Both the position numbers and the translations under genes were made by a program. A stretch of DNA of 64,000 nt. Source: Candidatus Latescibacterota bacterium. GTDB lineage: Bacteria; Latescibacterota; UBA2968; UBA8231. The DNA lies in the NCBI GenBank assembly GCA_965223905.1, contig CBDCXV010000010.1, positions 992,001-1,056,000 on the forward strand, in the 5' to 3' direction. Shown here piece after piece: positions 1 through 8,586 of this stretch (its first letter is position 1; each line of letters starts with the position of its first letter). The notes under the pieces were generated by a model. That model was given only the letters and a program-made list of their open reading frames with translations, was not told the DNA's origin and did no database searches.

Positions 1-2665
1 AGAGACCCGCGTAGATGGTGATGAACGATCGGAATGTCGTGCGCGCTTCCGTCTCCTTGAAATCCGTGCGCTCGAGGGCGACTCCCGCAAGTGCGTTGAT
101 CTCGTAGCCCACATAGTGTGACCGATTGGAGAGCTGGAGGGCCACGGTCGCCGAATCGAAGTCGTTCCCCTTCACATCGAAGTCGTTGAACAAGGCATAC
201 TCGATGCCGGCCTGAAGGCGACTCGATCGGAGGACGGGTGTCTCAGCGAGGCCCGAAAACAGTTCCATCAGACTCTCACGAGTGTCGAGCGAGAAGAGGC
301 CGCGGGTCTGCCGCCGATACTCGCTTTTCCAGCGCGGCTCCACGGTCCAGCGTCCGAGCTGATAGCGGTAGCTGGCTTTGTTGACGATTCCGAAAAAGTA
401 GTCGGATGCATCCAGTCCGAATTCCTCGCGCCGGGACTTTTTCATCAGTTGGTGATAGAGCACCCAGTTGAGTTTCGATTGGATAAGCAGCGACCGCCCC
501 TGCAGATTGTGACCGAGGAAGATCTGGTTCACCCATGTCTCCCGTGCGAGGAGGGGGTCTTCCACCCTGGTGAGCTCCCCACCCGACAAGGTGTTGTCCG
601 GCGCCCACTGCAGCAGCGGGTCAGCTATGTCGTCCTCGACCAGTTTGGTCATTTCGAACATCCGCACGCGGCCGAGCTGCGGCAGGTCCTTCGTCATCGA
701 CACCATGGCGTACGACGCGCGGTTCTCCTCGTGCCCGGAGATCAACGCTTGCCGCAAAACCCCCACGGTCAGGCGCAACTCCGGCGTCAGCTCGGCCCCG
801 CCGTATAGGTTGAACCCCTCGTGGCCCCGCTTATAGGGATAGTCCGGTTCCTCGTCGTTCTCGTACTGGTCGACCCAGAAATTGTTGTTCATGTCCATGC
901 CGAACAGGAATTCTGGCCGGTCGGCGTGAAACCGCAGGAAGGGTTCGTCGTGGTCGGGAACTGTGTTGGAGCTGACCACATTGTCATTCTGGTTGATGTC
1001 GGGGACGAAGTCTCCGTTCTGATCCCATCCGGGGAAGACCCTCAAGTCCCCGGCACGCCAGTCAAAGCGGATGTTGTCCGGCCGCGAATCGAGATCGTCG
1101 TTGTCGTCCACCAGCTCCACCCGGCCCTCACGCGCGCTTTCGTAGTCGATACTCCCCGTCGACGACGTCACGAAGGTGCTCGTGTTGTAGGCCGGATCCA
1201 TATGAAAGACCTCGCCGAAGACGAACCACGGATGATTCTTTTTCGAGACGTTGATCATCCAGGCCGGTGCGCTCCGCTGACTTGCGATGCCCGACGATGT
1301 CTTGTGGGTCTCCTTTGCCGCGTTGGGGTATTTCCGGTAACTCCAGCTTCTGTCATATTCGCCGTACAGGTCGAACCCGCGCGCATCGCGCACCTCGATG
1401 CTCGCCCCGAGGACATTCGTGGCCGTGGGCAGGCCATAGGCGAAGCGCACGGTCCGCAGGTTGGTGACGTCCTGCACATTCCCCTTCGCCTGGGTCACCA
1501 GCAGAAGCACCGACCGCTCGTCTTTGTTCGTCTGTCGGTTGGATGTCATCCATACCTGGTAGTCGTTCGCAAGGACCAGCTCGAACTCTACCTTGACGAT
1601 GTCTTCCTTCTGGAACTGCGCCGCATCCACGAATGAAGGACTGTCGAAATCGTAGAGCAGCCGGATCTCCTCTGTCCCGTTAGCGGCGATGAACCCCTGT
1701 TCGACGAATCCGCCCTCTATGATCGGCTCGAATTGAAAGTCCTTTCCCCGTTGCACACTACCGTCCCGATAGGTGATGATGATGTCCGAGTCGGCGGGGA
1801 AGTAGGCAGCGCCACCGACGCCGTCCTCAGGGGAGTCATCCCGCAGGGCGACTTCGACGAGTGAGATGGTCCTGTTCTGCTGCACCGTCATCAGCCCCGA
1901 AAAGGGGTTCCCGGCGAGCTTGTCGGTCAACGTGTTCGATTGGTGGGCGTTGACCATGTGGACCCCGAGCTCGACGAAGTCGCTCACCTGAGCCGTCAGA
2001 CGTCCACCGAAAAGAGCGGTGCTGTTCGTGTGCTGTGACTCGAGATCACGGGTCGAAAGGCCGCCCGGGCTGCTGATCCTTGAGTAGATGAGGGTTCCTT
2101 CATAGCGGTCGGCGGCGAAGTCGAACTGCACACCGTCCCAGCGCGGTTTGGAAAAGACCATAGGGGTCAGCACCGTGCGCAGCCGATTGCTGAGCGTCAG
2201 GGCGAAGGAGTACTGGCCGCCGGCGTCGGCGGCCACGACCACTCCTGAAAACCACTGGGAGAACTTATCCGATTTGAATAGCGTGTTACCGAACTGGAGC
2301 GGCCGGGTCTGGGCGTTGTTGTAGATGAGCCAACCCCGGGTCACCAGGTTGCCGTACAGATCGTAGAAGGTGTCCCCCTCAAGGCTGATATCGACATACC
2401 GCTGGTAGTGGTCTCTGGCGTAGTTGGTGTATTCCCACTGACGCCAGCGGTAGTCCGTGAACAGCTCCTGCGGCACGTACCACTTGCGCACTGCCGGGTC
2501 CATGACTGCCAACAGGACCCCGGGACCCTGTGGTACGAAACTGGCCTCTGGCCCCCGCTGCAGACCGAGGCGCGTAGCGTAGTCCTCTTGACCGTACGCC
2601 GGCTGTGCGCTCAGGCCCTCCAGGACGATGACGAGACCGGCCAAGAATAGAACCCTTGGTCTCAC
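1..2665 (-). CDS. Large exported hypothetical protein, partial (runs off left edge); Asp/Asn-rich Ca-binding-like motifs, possible outer-membrane beta-rich protein
   Basis: GTG at 2665 after GGAGGG; translates VRPRVLFLAGLVIVLEGLSAQPAYGQEDY (signal-peptide-like); internal DDNDDLDSRPD, WDQNGDFVPD, DMNNN motifs; absent from the ORF track, consistent with no stop inside the window (segments translated by hand, not every codon). Confidence 0.75.
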   Translation of the reverse strand, partial: MRPRVLFLAGLVIVLEGLSAQPAYGQEDYATRLGLQRGPEASFVPQGPGVLLAVMDPAVRKWYVPQELFTDYRWRQWEYTNYARDHYQRYVDISLEGDTFYDLYGNLVTRGWLIYNNAQTRPLQFGNTLFKSDKFSQWFSGVVVAADAGGQYSFALTLSNRLRTVLTPMVFSKPRWDGVQFDFAADRYEGTLIYSRISSPGGLSTRDLESQHTNSTALFGGRLTAQVSDFVELGVHMVNAHQSNTLTDKLAGNPFSGLMTVQQNRTISLVEVALRDDSPEDGVGGAAYFPADSDIIITYRDGSVQRGKDFQFEPIIEGGFVEQGFIAANGTEEIRLLYDFDSPSFVDAAQFQKEDIVKVEFELVLANDYQVWMTSNRQTNKDERSVLLLVTQAKGNVQDVTNLRTVRFAYGLPTATNVLGASIEVRDARGFDLYGEYDRSWSYRKYPNAAKETHKTSSGIASQRSAPAWMINVSKKNHPWFVFGEVFHMDPAYNTSTFVTSSTGSIDYESAREGRVELVDDNDDLDSRPDNIRFDWRAGDLRVFPGWDQNGDFVPDINQNDNVVSSNTVPDHDEPFLRFHADRPEFLFGMDMNNNFWVDQYENDEEPDYPYKRGHEGFNLYGGAELTPELRLTVGVLRQALISGHEENRASYAMVSMTKDLPQLGRVRMFEMTKLVEDDIADPLLQWAPDNTLSGGELTRVEDPLLARETWVNQIFLGHNLQGRSLLIQSKLNWVLYHQLMKKSRREEFGLDASDYFFGIVNKASYRYQLGRWTVEPRWKSEYRRQTRGLFSLDTRESLMELFSGLAETPVLRSSRLQAGIEYALFNDFDVKGNDFDSATVALQLSNRSHYVGYEINALAGVALERTDFKETEARTTFRSFITIYAGL

Positions 2666-2705
2666 TGTTCCCTCCCTTCCTCGGCCAGCCGGGTACGGCC
2701 CCGGC

Positions 2706-2755
2706 TGATCCGGGCACTCATGATCCAGGTACTCAGCTCATGATCCAGGTACTCA
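2706..2755. repeat. Three copies of a 15-bp direct repeat TGATCC(A/G)GG(T/C)ACTCA
   Basis: Copies at 2706-2720, 2721-2735 and 2741-2755; the last overlaps the stop codon of the 2753..6013 gene. Confidence 0.85.
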
Positions 2756-5700
2756 ATACACGAGGGCGACGACGTGCGTGCGTTTTTCGCTGGCGGCGTC
2801 CGCCTCGATGTCGATCTGACAGGCGTAGAGGCCGGGCGGCAGCAAGCGCCCGCTGTCGTCCTCTCCGTTCCAGTCGAAGGTCTGCGGGCCTGCCAATGCC
2901 CGCCGCTCGGGGAGAGTGCGCACCAGCCGTCCGTCCAGGGAGAAAATCCAGACTGTCACAGGCCGTAGCGCCTGTACCCTGAACACGGAAAACCCGATGT
3001 GGACGACATCGTTTACGCCGTCCCCGTTCGGCGTAAACGGATTCGGGGTGATCGCCACATCCTCGATGACCTCGTCGGCGCCCGATACGCCGATGGACAG
3101 CCTCTGTCCCGGCGTCAGATTCGTCGCGTCTCCCGAATCGGCCGGCAGCCAGGGCGACGCCGTGCCGCCCTCCCGAACCGCCACTTCGAGCTCAGTCCCG
3201 TGTCGGTACACGGTGCCGGAGAGGCGTACGCGGACCAGCCTGCCCCGCCCCACTCTCCATCCCCTGTCCCCTCGCCGAAGCCTGGTGTACTCGCTCGCGC
3301 TGAGTGAATCACCCTGGTCGTTGAAGGCGGCTTGCTCACCTGCCGCGGTGACTCTGCGAAAATAACGGATGGGCCCCTTTTCTTTTTCAGACAGCTCCCC
3401 GTACTCGTCGGCGTCGACTTTCTCCAGTCGGGCTTCCTCCCCCTCGCCTGATATGCGGAAATAGCGCGTCGCCCCGAGCTGGTCTGGAGACTCTTCAGCC
3501 AAGCGCGCATAGGAGGTGGCCGTCAGGATCCGGCCGTCCGTTCCCACCGGCACCTGTAACGTGTCTGTGTCACTGGGTGAGACGTCCCGGTAGTAGATCT
3601 GTGGCAGCACATCGGCCGATGCGGCCTCGACGAGCACCGGGAAGCGCAGCAACAGCGAGTCGCCCCCGTCCCCCGCGACGGCGAGGACACTGCCCGCCGA
3701 GCTCGCGAGCCCGTCGGCGTGAGCCAGGTCGAACAGCTGCTCCGGCTCCCCGCGCGCCAGCTCCTCCTCGGTGCCCACCGCCACCTCGACTATGGACAGG
3801 TCGATGTGCGGTTGCGACGAGACCAGCACCTCGTCGAACCCCGGGGTCTTCACATCATCGGGTTCCTCGATGAACGTGGGCGCCAGATAGACCGCGAAGG
3901 TGTCGAGCAACCCCGCGCGGGTCTGCTCGGGCCAGATCTCTGCGGCCAGGCTCCGGACCACGGGAGTGTGAAACTGCACCTCGAGGCGCTCCAGCGCCGG
4001 CACGGCATCCGGCCCGGGGAGGAGACGCGCCTGGACCATCATGTACTTTCGCAGACCTGGCGAACTCGCCTGCTGCCCGGAGACGGTGTGCTTCCTGCTC
4101 CACGGGCTCCACCCCGCTCCCGTCACGAGCGAGGTGTCGATGGGCCCCTTCTGGAAGCTCTTCTTGTACGCCGCAGCGCTTCCCAGGTCGAGTCCGGCTT
4201 TGGAGTAGTAGGTCACGACCTGCCTGATCTGATCACCTGTGCGCGTGCGGATCTCGACCGCCGACGCGCCCGGCGTCTGCGCCTCCCAGCTCACCTCTCC
4301 CAGAGTGACCGCTCCAGGCAGCTCGATCAGATCCGACTCGAGCACGACCTCGGCCGGGGCCCGCGTGGAGAAGGCCATGATCTCCTGTATTCCTACCTTG
4401 AAGAAGTATGCGCTCTCCGGGCTCCCGGGGTTGTTCATAAGCGTCACCAGCTGCAAAAACCTCAATTGACGCGCCGGTGTGACCGGGTCCATGATATAAG
4501 GAGGCAAGAATCCGCCCTCCTGTTGCGCGCATATGGCCTGCGGCGGACACACTCCTGCCGTTCCCCCGCCGAGCCGATCCAGAGAGCTGATCTGCTCCCA
4601 CACCAATTCGCCGCTCACGTCCCGCGCACCGGAGGATCCCCGGAGGCTGTATCCACGCAACCGGGACCCGCATTCCGGTGGGCACTCCGTCGTTACACCA
4701 GCGGTCAGGCGGATGTGATCCACCCAGACATCGGCACCCAGATCGATTTCCACCACCCCTCGATCCGGGTCCCTGCTGTACTGCGATAGATGTTCGTAAT
4801 GAGTACTCAGGTTGCCGTCAAAAGCCTCCTCAGGCTTGCCACGGGATTCGTCATCTGGGTCGGCGAAGCCGACAGATCCCCCCCCCTTCGCCAGATTCAT
4901 GGCCACATTGTCTCCCCAGCCCCAGGCCTCGACCTCGGCCAATCGGGGTAACTCCCGCCGATAATACTCCCGCCGTCCTTTGCGCTCATCGTCGAGGTCC
5001 GCCCACGCGTCCGCCGGGCTCGCCTCCCCGTCCGCCGGGATGGGCTCCTCTCGACCAGCGATATCCCTGACGAAATAGACGATGTCACCCCGGTCGGCGA
5101 CGACGATGTCATCCCGCTTATCGGGAAGGGCCTCCCATTCCTCCTGGGAGATGCGCTCGGCCCGACCGGCGCGCGTGTCCGTGACGACGATGCGGATCGT
5201 CTCGATCACCTTGCCTGTCCAGTCCTCGTTCGACTCCTGCTGAACGAGCCGCTCTTCCTCTGGCTGCGTGGTCCCCTCAAAGCTCGCCGACTGCCGTTCA
5301 CTGACGAATTCGAACTCCCGTTGCGCCGTGTTGGGTGCGTCCAGCGGCGCCAATGTCTCGAATGCCAGCCCCTCTCTCCGAAAAAGCTTGACCGCCGGCG
5401 CCTCCGTAGCTGCCTGAGCTCCCGACAGCCGCAGGATGTAGTTGTAAAAGGGGTCGCCGAGCGCCGCGTCCACGAACTGGAGCCGCAGCCGTTCGACCGG
5501 TACCGGACGACCCAGGTCCACCTCGACCCACCAGCTGCTCAGCGGATCGCTCGGGTCCGGCTCCCAGAACGTGTCGGGATCATCATCCACCAGGTATTTC
5601 GCCAGATGCGGATTGGAGCCGGCTCGGCTCGCACCCGGTCTGACGAAGTAGTCGTAGCCCACGAGGATGCCCTTCAGCAACTTCTCGGTGCTGTCGACGT

Positions 5701-6013
5701 TCATGATGCGCGGGCTCTCGCCCGAGATATCGACCCGGCGCTCGATGCTCGTGTCCGAAAAAATCTCGTACACGCCCCGCAGTTTCCGAGGCCGAACCAC
5801 TATCCGGGACGCATCCTCCTCGGTCTCGCCGATGCTGACGAAGTTCGCCGGATAGGTCCACTGCTCCCAGGCGCGCCCCTCCACAACAACTTTGGTGCGA
5901 CTCACGTCGTGGCCCTTCTGCGCGGCCGCGGGACCCACATCCGTCGCACACCACAACCAGCAACAGGCCGACATCAACGCAACCCGAGAATCGTCTATCT
6001 TCAGCCTCGCCAT
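2753..6013 (-). CDS. Secreted 1086-aa protein with discoidin-like segments and C-terminal FlgD-Ig/T9SS-like domain
   Basis: Signal peptide; LVDDDPDTFW...WVEVDLGRPVPVERLRL discoidin-like motif; C-terminal PNPFTPNGDGVND...IFSLDGRLVRTL...WNGEDDSGRLLPPGLY. Confidence 0.8.
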   Translation of the reverse strand: MARLKIDDSRVALMSACCWLWCATDVGPAAAQKGHDVSRTKVVVEGRAWEQWTYPANFVSIGETEEDASRIVVRPRKLRGVYEIFSDTSIERRVDISGESPRIMNVDSTEKLLKGILVGYDYFVRPGASRAGSNPHLAKYLVDDDPDTFWEPDPSDPLSSWWVEVDLGRPVPVERLRLQFVDAALGDPFYNYILRLSGAQAATEAPAVKLFRREGLAFETLAPLDAPNTAQREFEFVSERQSASFEGTTQPEEERLVQQESNEDWTGKVIETIRIVVTDTRAGRAERISQEEWEALPDKRDDIVVADRGDIVYFVRDIAGREEPIPADGEASPADAWADLDDERKGRREYYRRELPRLAEVEAWGWGDNVAMNLAKGGGSVGFADPDDESRGKPEEAFDGNLSTHYEHLSQYSRDPDRGVVEIDLGADVWVDHIRLTAGVTTECPPECGSRLRGYSLRGSSGARDVSGELVWEQISSLDRLGGGTAGVCPPQAICAQQEGGFLPPYIMDPVTPARQLRFLQLVTLMNNPGSPESAYFFKVGIQEIMAFSTRAPAEVVLESDLIELPGAVTLGEVSWEAQTPGASAVEIRTRTGDQIRQVVTYYSKAGLDLGSAAAYKKSFQKGPIDTSLVTGAGWSPWSRKHTVSGQQASSPGLRKYMMVQARLLPGPDAVPALERLEVQFHTPVVRSLAAEIWPEQTRAGLLDTFAVYLAPTFIEEPDDVKTPGFDEVLVSSQPHIDLSIVEVAVGTEEELARGEPEQLFDLAHADGLASSAGSVLAVAGDGGDSLLLRFPVLVEAASADVLPQIYYRDVSPSDTDTLQVPVGTDGRILTATSYARLAEESPDQLGATRYFRISGEGEEARLEKVDADEYGELSEKEKGPIRYFRRVTAAGEQAAFNDQGDSLSASEYTRLRRGDRGWRVGRGRLVRVRLSGTVYRHGTELEVAVREGGTASPWLPADSGDATNLTPGQRLSIGVSGADEVIEDVAITPNPFTPNGDGVNDVVHIGFSVFRVQALRPVTVWIFSLDGRLVRTLPERRALAGPQTFDWNGEDDSGRLLPPGLYACQIDIEADAASEKRTHVVALVY

Positions 6014-6025
6014 GGCGTTACCTCC

Positions 6026-7678
6026 TTACCCGAGACGGTCGGCGTAGAGCACGACCTCCTCTTCGTATTTTTCGCGCAGTCCCTTTATGAGTTCGCTGAT
6101 GAGCTCGGTCTCGCGCCGCTGCCGCAGCATCCCTGCGGCCCGCCTGCGGACCTGCTCGAACGGCTGAAGTTCCCCTCCCTCGCGCCTGAGCAGGCGAAAG
6201 ACGGCGTATCCATCATAGCTCTTGATCGGACCGATGAGCTCGCCCTCTTGCGCCTCGAATGCGGCCTCTACGAGCTGCGGATGACGGGCGCGCAGGAGGC
6301 GTATCACCTGCATCTCTCCGGTCTCGTGGTCTCCGTGAGTCCTGACGCCGTCGCGGCGCAGGAGCTCCGGGATGTCGACGCCCCGCTCGATCTCTGAGCG
6401 CAACCCCTCGGCCTCTCCTTCGCTGCCGGCCACGACCTCGCGAATATACACCTTTTCCTGGCTCACGAAACGGTGCTTGTTCGCGAGATAGTACTCCCGG
6501 ACCTCTTCCTCGGAGGGACTGGTATGTCCGGCAGTCTCCATTTTCGTGAGATTCGTGAGAATGACCTGCGTCCTCTTGAGCTCGTACCACTCGGTGAACG
6601 CGGGTTCCCGGTCCCATCCCCTCTCCTTGGCGGCCAGGGAAAATACGAGTGGATGGAGGAGTAAGCTCTCGGCAGTCTCCACGAGATAGGCGCTGTCTGT
6701 GAACGCTATCCCTCCGAGCCCCTCGTCGTGCAGGTTCGCCACCAGATCGCCCACTGTGGTTTCGCCGCCGGCGAGACTGTACACCATCCGGTCGGCATCA
6801 TCAGCCGACAGCTCGAGCTCGCGAAGCGGACCGGTCTGGGTCAACAACACCCCTAGCCCCTCTTCGTGCAAACGCAGGTCATACCGGTGGCTCAGCAGTT
6901 CGAATTCCTCGACCACCGCTGCATGCCCCTTCTCCTGTCCGAGCAACCGCCGGATGTCCTTTTCGTATCTCTCCAGCTCGGCGGCCCGGCTGTCGAGGAA
7001 GCGATATACCTGCCAGGCACCTGGGTGCCGTACAGGCTCTGCCCGTTCACCATCTGCGAGTGAGAGGAAAACCCACTTCGGTATCTGGAAGTTCCTCTGG
7101 GCCGCAGGAAGCCCGATCCATCCCACGAGGCCGGATTTGTCGGCAAACAGGTCGTTGTCATCGTAGTGCTCGGCGATCGCCTCGAATGCGTCCCCCTCGT
7201 CGAGCCGTCGCAAAACATCATCGAGCTCGTCACGTCGACGGACCACGATGCGACTGAACAGTCGCTCGCGGTTGAATCCTTTCTCTATGAAGGCGCGCTC
7301 GACCTCTTGCTGAGTAGCCTGCGTTCGGGGCGCGATCATTTCGTCGCGGTAGCGGCCCGTCAGACGCTCCCTGACCAACCTCTCGAGCTTCCGCCTCACG
7401 GTGGAGCTGGTGTCCACCCCCCGGGCCCGTGCCTCCAACAGCATCAACTCCTGGTCCACCGCGGACCGCAGGTGCTCCAGGTCGGCCTCCCGTCCCTCCT
7501 TGCCACTGAGAAGTCCGGAAGGCAATCGATCAACGAAACGCTTGAACTCCGATGCCGTGATGGCGGCGTCTCCGACCTTCGCCACGATTTGCTCTCGGGG
7601 CTCGCATCCGGACGACACCAAGAGACCTGCCGCTAGACACAGTAGGAGCGTATTCAAAAGGGAGGAATTTGAACGCAA
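6026..7678 (-). CDS. Parvulin/SurA-type peptidyl-prolyl isomerase lipoprotein (two rotamase-like regions); 5' end disturbed
   Basis: Lipobox-like LLVSSGC; IVAKVGDAAIT; SEEEVREYY...GPIKSYDGYAVFRL; the ORF-track N-terminal extension comes from IS256 sequence; the surviving in-frame start is TTG 7678. Confidence 0.75.
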   Translation of the reverse strand: MRSNSSLLNTLLLCLAAGLLVSSGCEPREQIVAKVGDAAITASEFKRFVDRLPSGLLSGKEGREADLEHLRSAVDQELMLLEARARGVDTSSTVRRKLERLVRERLTGRYRDEMIAPRTQATQQEVERAFIEKGFNRERLFSRIVVRRRDELDDVLRRLDEGDAFEAIAEHYDDNDLFADKSGLVGWIGLPAAQRNFQIPKWVFLSLADGERAEPVRHPGAWQVYRFLDSRAAELERYEKDIRRLLGQEKGHAAVVEEFELLSHRYDLRLHEEGLGVLLTQTGPLRELELSADDADRMVYSLAGGETTVGDLVANLHDEGLGGIAFTDSAYLVETAESLLLHPLVFSLAAKERGWDREPAFTEWYELKRTQVILTNLTKMETAGHTSPSEEEVREYYLANKHRFVSQEKVYIREVVAGSEGEAEGLRSEIERGVDIPELLRRDGVRTHGDHETGEMQVIRLLRARHPQLVEAAFEAQEGELIGPIKSYDGYAVFRLLRREGGELQPFEQVRRRAAGMLRQRRETELISELIKGLREKYEEEVVLYADRLG

Positions 7679-7701
7679 TGCGAGGAATTTGAACGCAATG
7701 C
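7662..7701. repeat. Perfect 20-bp tandem duplication GAGGAATTTGAACGCAATGC x2
   Basis: 7662-7681 equals 7682-7701; puts ATG 7704 out of frame with the PPIase gene. Confidence 0.9.
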
Positions 7702-7712
7702 CATGAGTGGGA

Positions 7713-8198
7713 GAGGTATTGTCAAATGTTGTGGATGAGGTGGATTCATTCCCAGGCTGACGGGGCCGCGGAAAGGGAGCGTCGGTAACCTTGGGATCAT
7801 TCAGGCCGCCTCTTTGAGGATCCGCTCTCCCTCGCTGAAGGTTTCCCCCTGCAGCAAGTGGGTGGTCAGCGGATAGCCGATGAGACGGCGCCAGTGTTTC
7901 TCCGTCTCGGTAGCCAGCTTGAAGACCATCGTCAGGGTCGTGATTCGGGATCCACAACCCTTGGTCTGACTAGTGCGGTGGCGCACCGGGGCAAAAAGGC
8001 CGACTCGATCGGGTTGGTAGTGCACAGGTGCCGCCACTGGGCGGCCGGGAAGTCGTAAAACGTGAACAACACCTCCTCGTCCTTCTCCCCCTCCAGGGGG
8101 TTGTTGGGTTATGGGTTACCTGAGGATACGCTCCTTTCCTTTGTATCGTCTACCCGGAATTCTTCGACCTCGCGATCCACAACTTTCTAAAATAGCTC
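7713..8198 (-). mobile_element. Internally deleted IS256-family element (MITE-like, 486 bp)
   Basis: Terminal IRs GAGGTATTGTCAAATGTTGTGGA and rc GAGCTATTTTAGAAAGTTGTGGA; transposase C-terminus KGCGSR..TMVFKLA..EKHWRRL at 7801-8037; degenerate 9-bp flanks TGAGTGGGA/CAAGTGGGA. Confidence 0.75.
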
Positions 8199-8260
8199 CA
8201 AGTGGGAACAGCTTGCGGTCCAGCGACACCATCTATCCCACGCGCTGCAGAGATCCTGCA

Positions 8261-8280
8261 ATATAATGTATACAATATAT
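8261..8280. promoter_or_regulatory. AT-rich near-palindrome ATATAATGTATACAATATAT, candidate operator/promoter of the envelope operon
   Basis: 18 of 20 positions self-complementary with a TGTATACA core, about 30 bp upstream of the reconstructed PPIase start at 8232. Confidence 0.45.
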
Positions 8281-8490
8281 AGCCATATAGCCTGAATTAT
8301 TCATAAAATAAGGTGTACCCCGTCAACTGGGGCAGAAAATGGGGTGAAAAAAGGTACATTTCTCATGTTTCCTGGATCGGGGTTGTTCCCCGTACCGAAG
8401 TACCGGTACGGGCGGGAGGATCGTCCTTCTCCAGAGTGGCCTTTTTGGCCTGACTGAGAAGGCGAGTACGAGCATGGATGTGCGACCCCA

Positions 8491-8586
8491 TCAGGCCGAC
8501 CGGTAGACTTGGGCCGGCGTGGCATACCCCAACCCCAGGTGAAAGCGGGCCTGGGTATAAAACTCGAAATAACGATCCACCTCATG
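8491..8586 (-). pseudogene. IS3-family transposase C-terminal fragment
   Basis: Translates EVDRYFEFYTQARFHLGLGYATPAQVYRSA*, typical of the integrase-core tail; cut by the IS1380 left end. Confidence 0.55.

Noticed and set aside
7679-7957. N-terminal extension of the PPIase ORF
   Set aside because: It is read-through from IS256 remnant sequence
8291-8335. Possible further IS end CCTGAATTATTCAT
   Set aside because: No partner inverted repeat or transposase could be assigned
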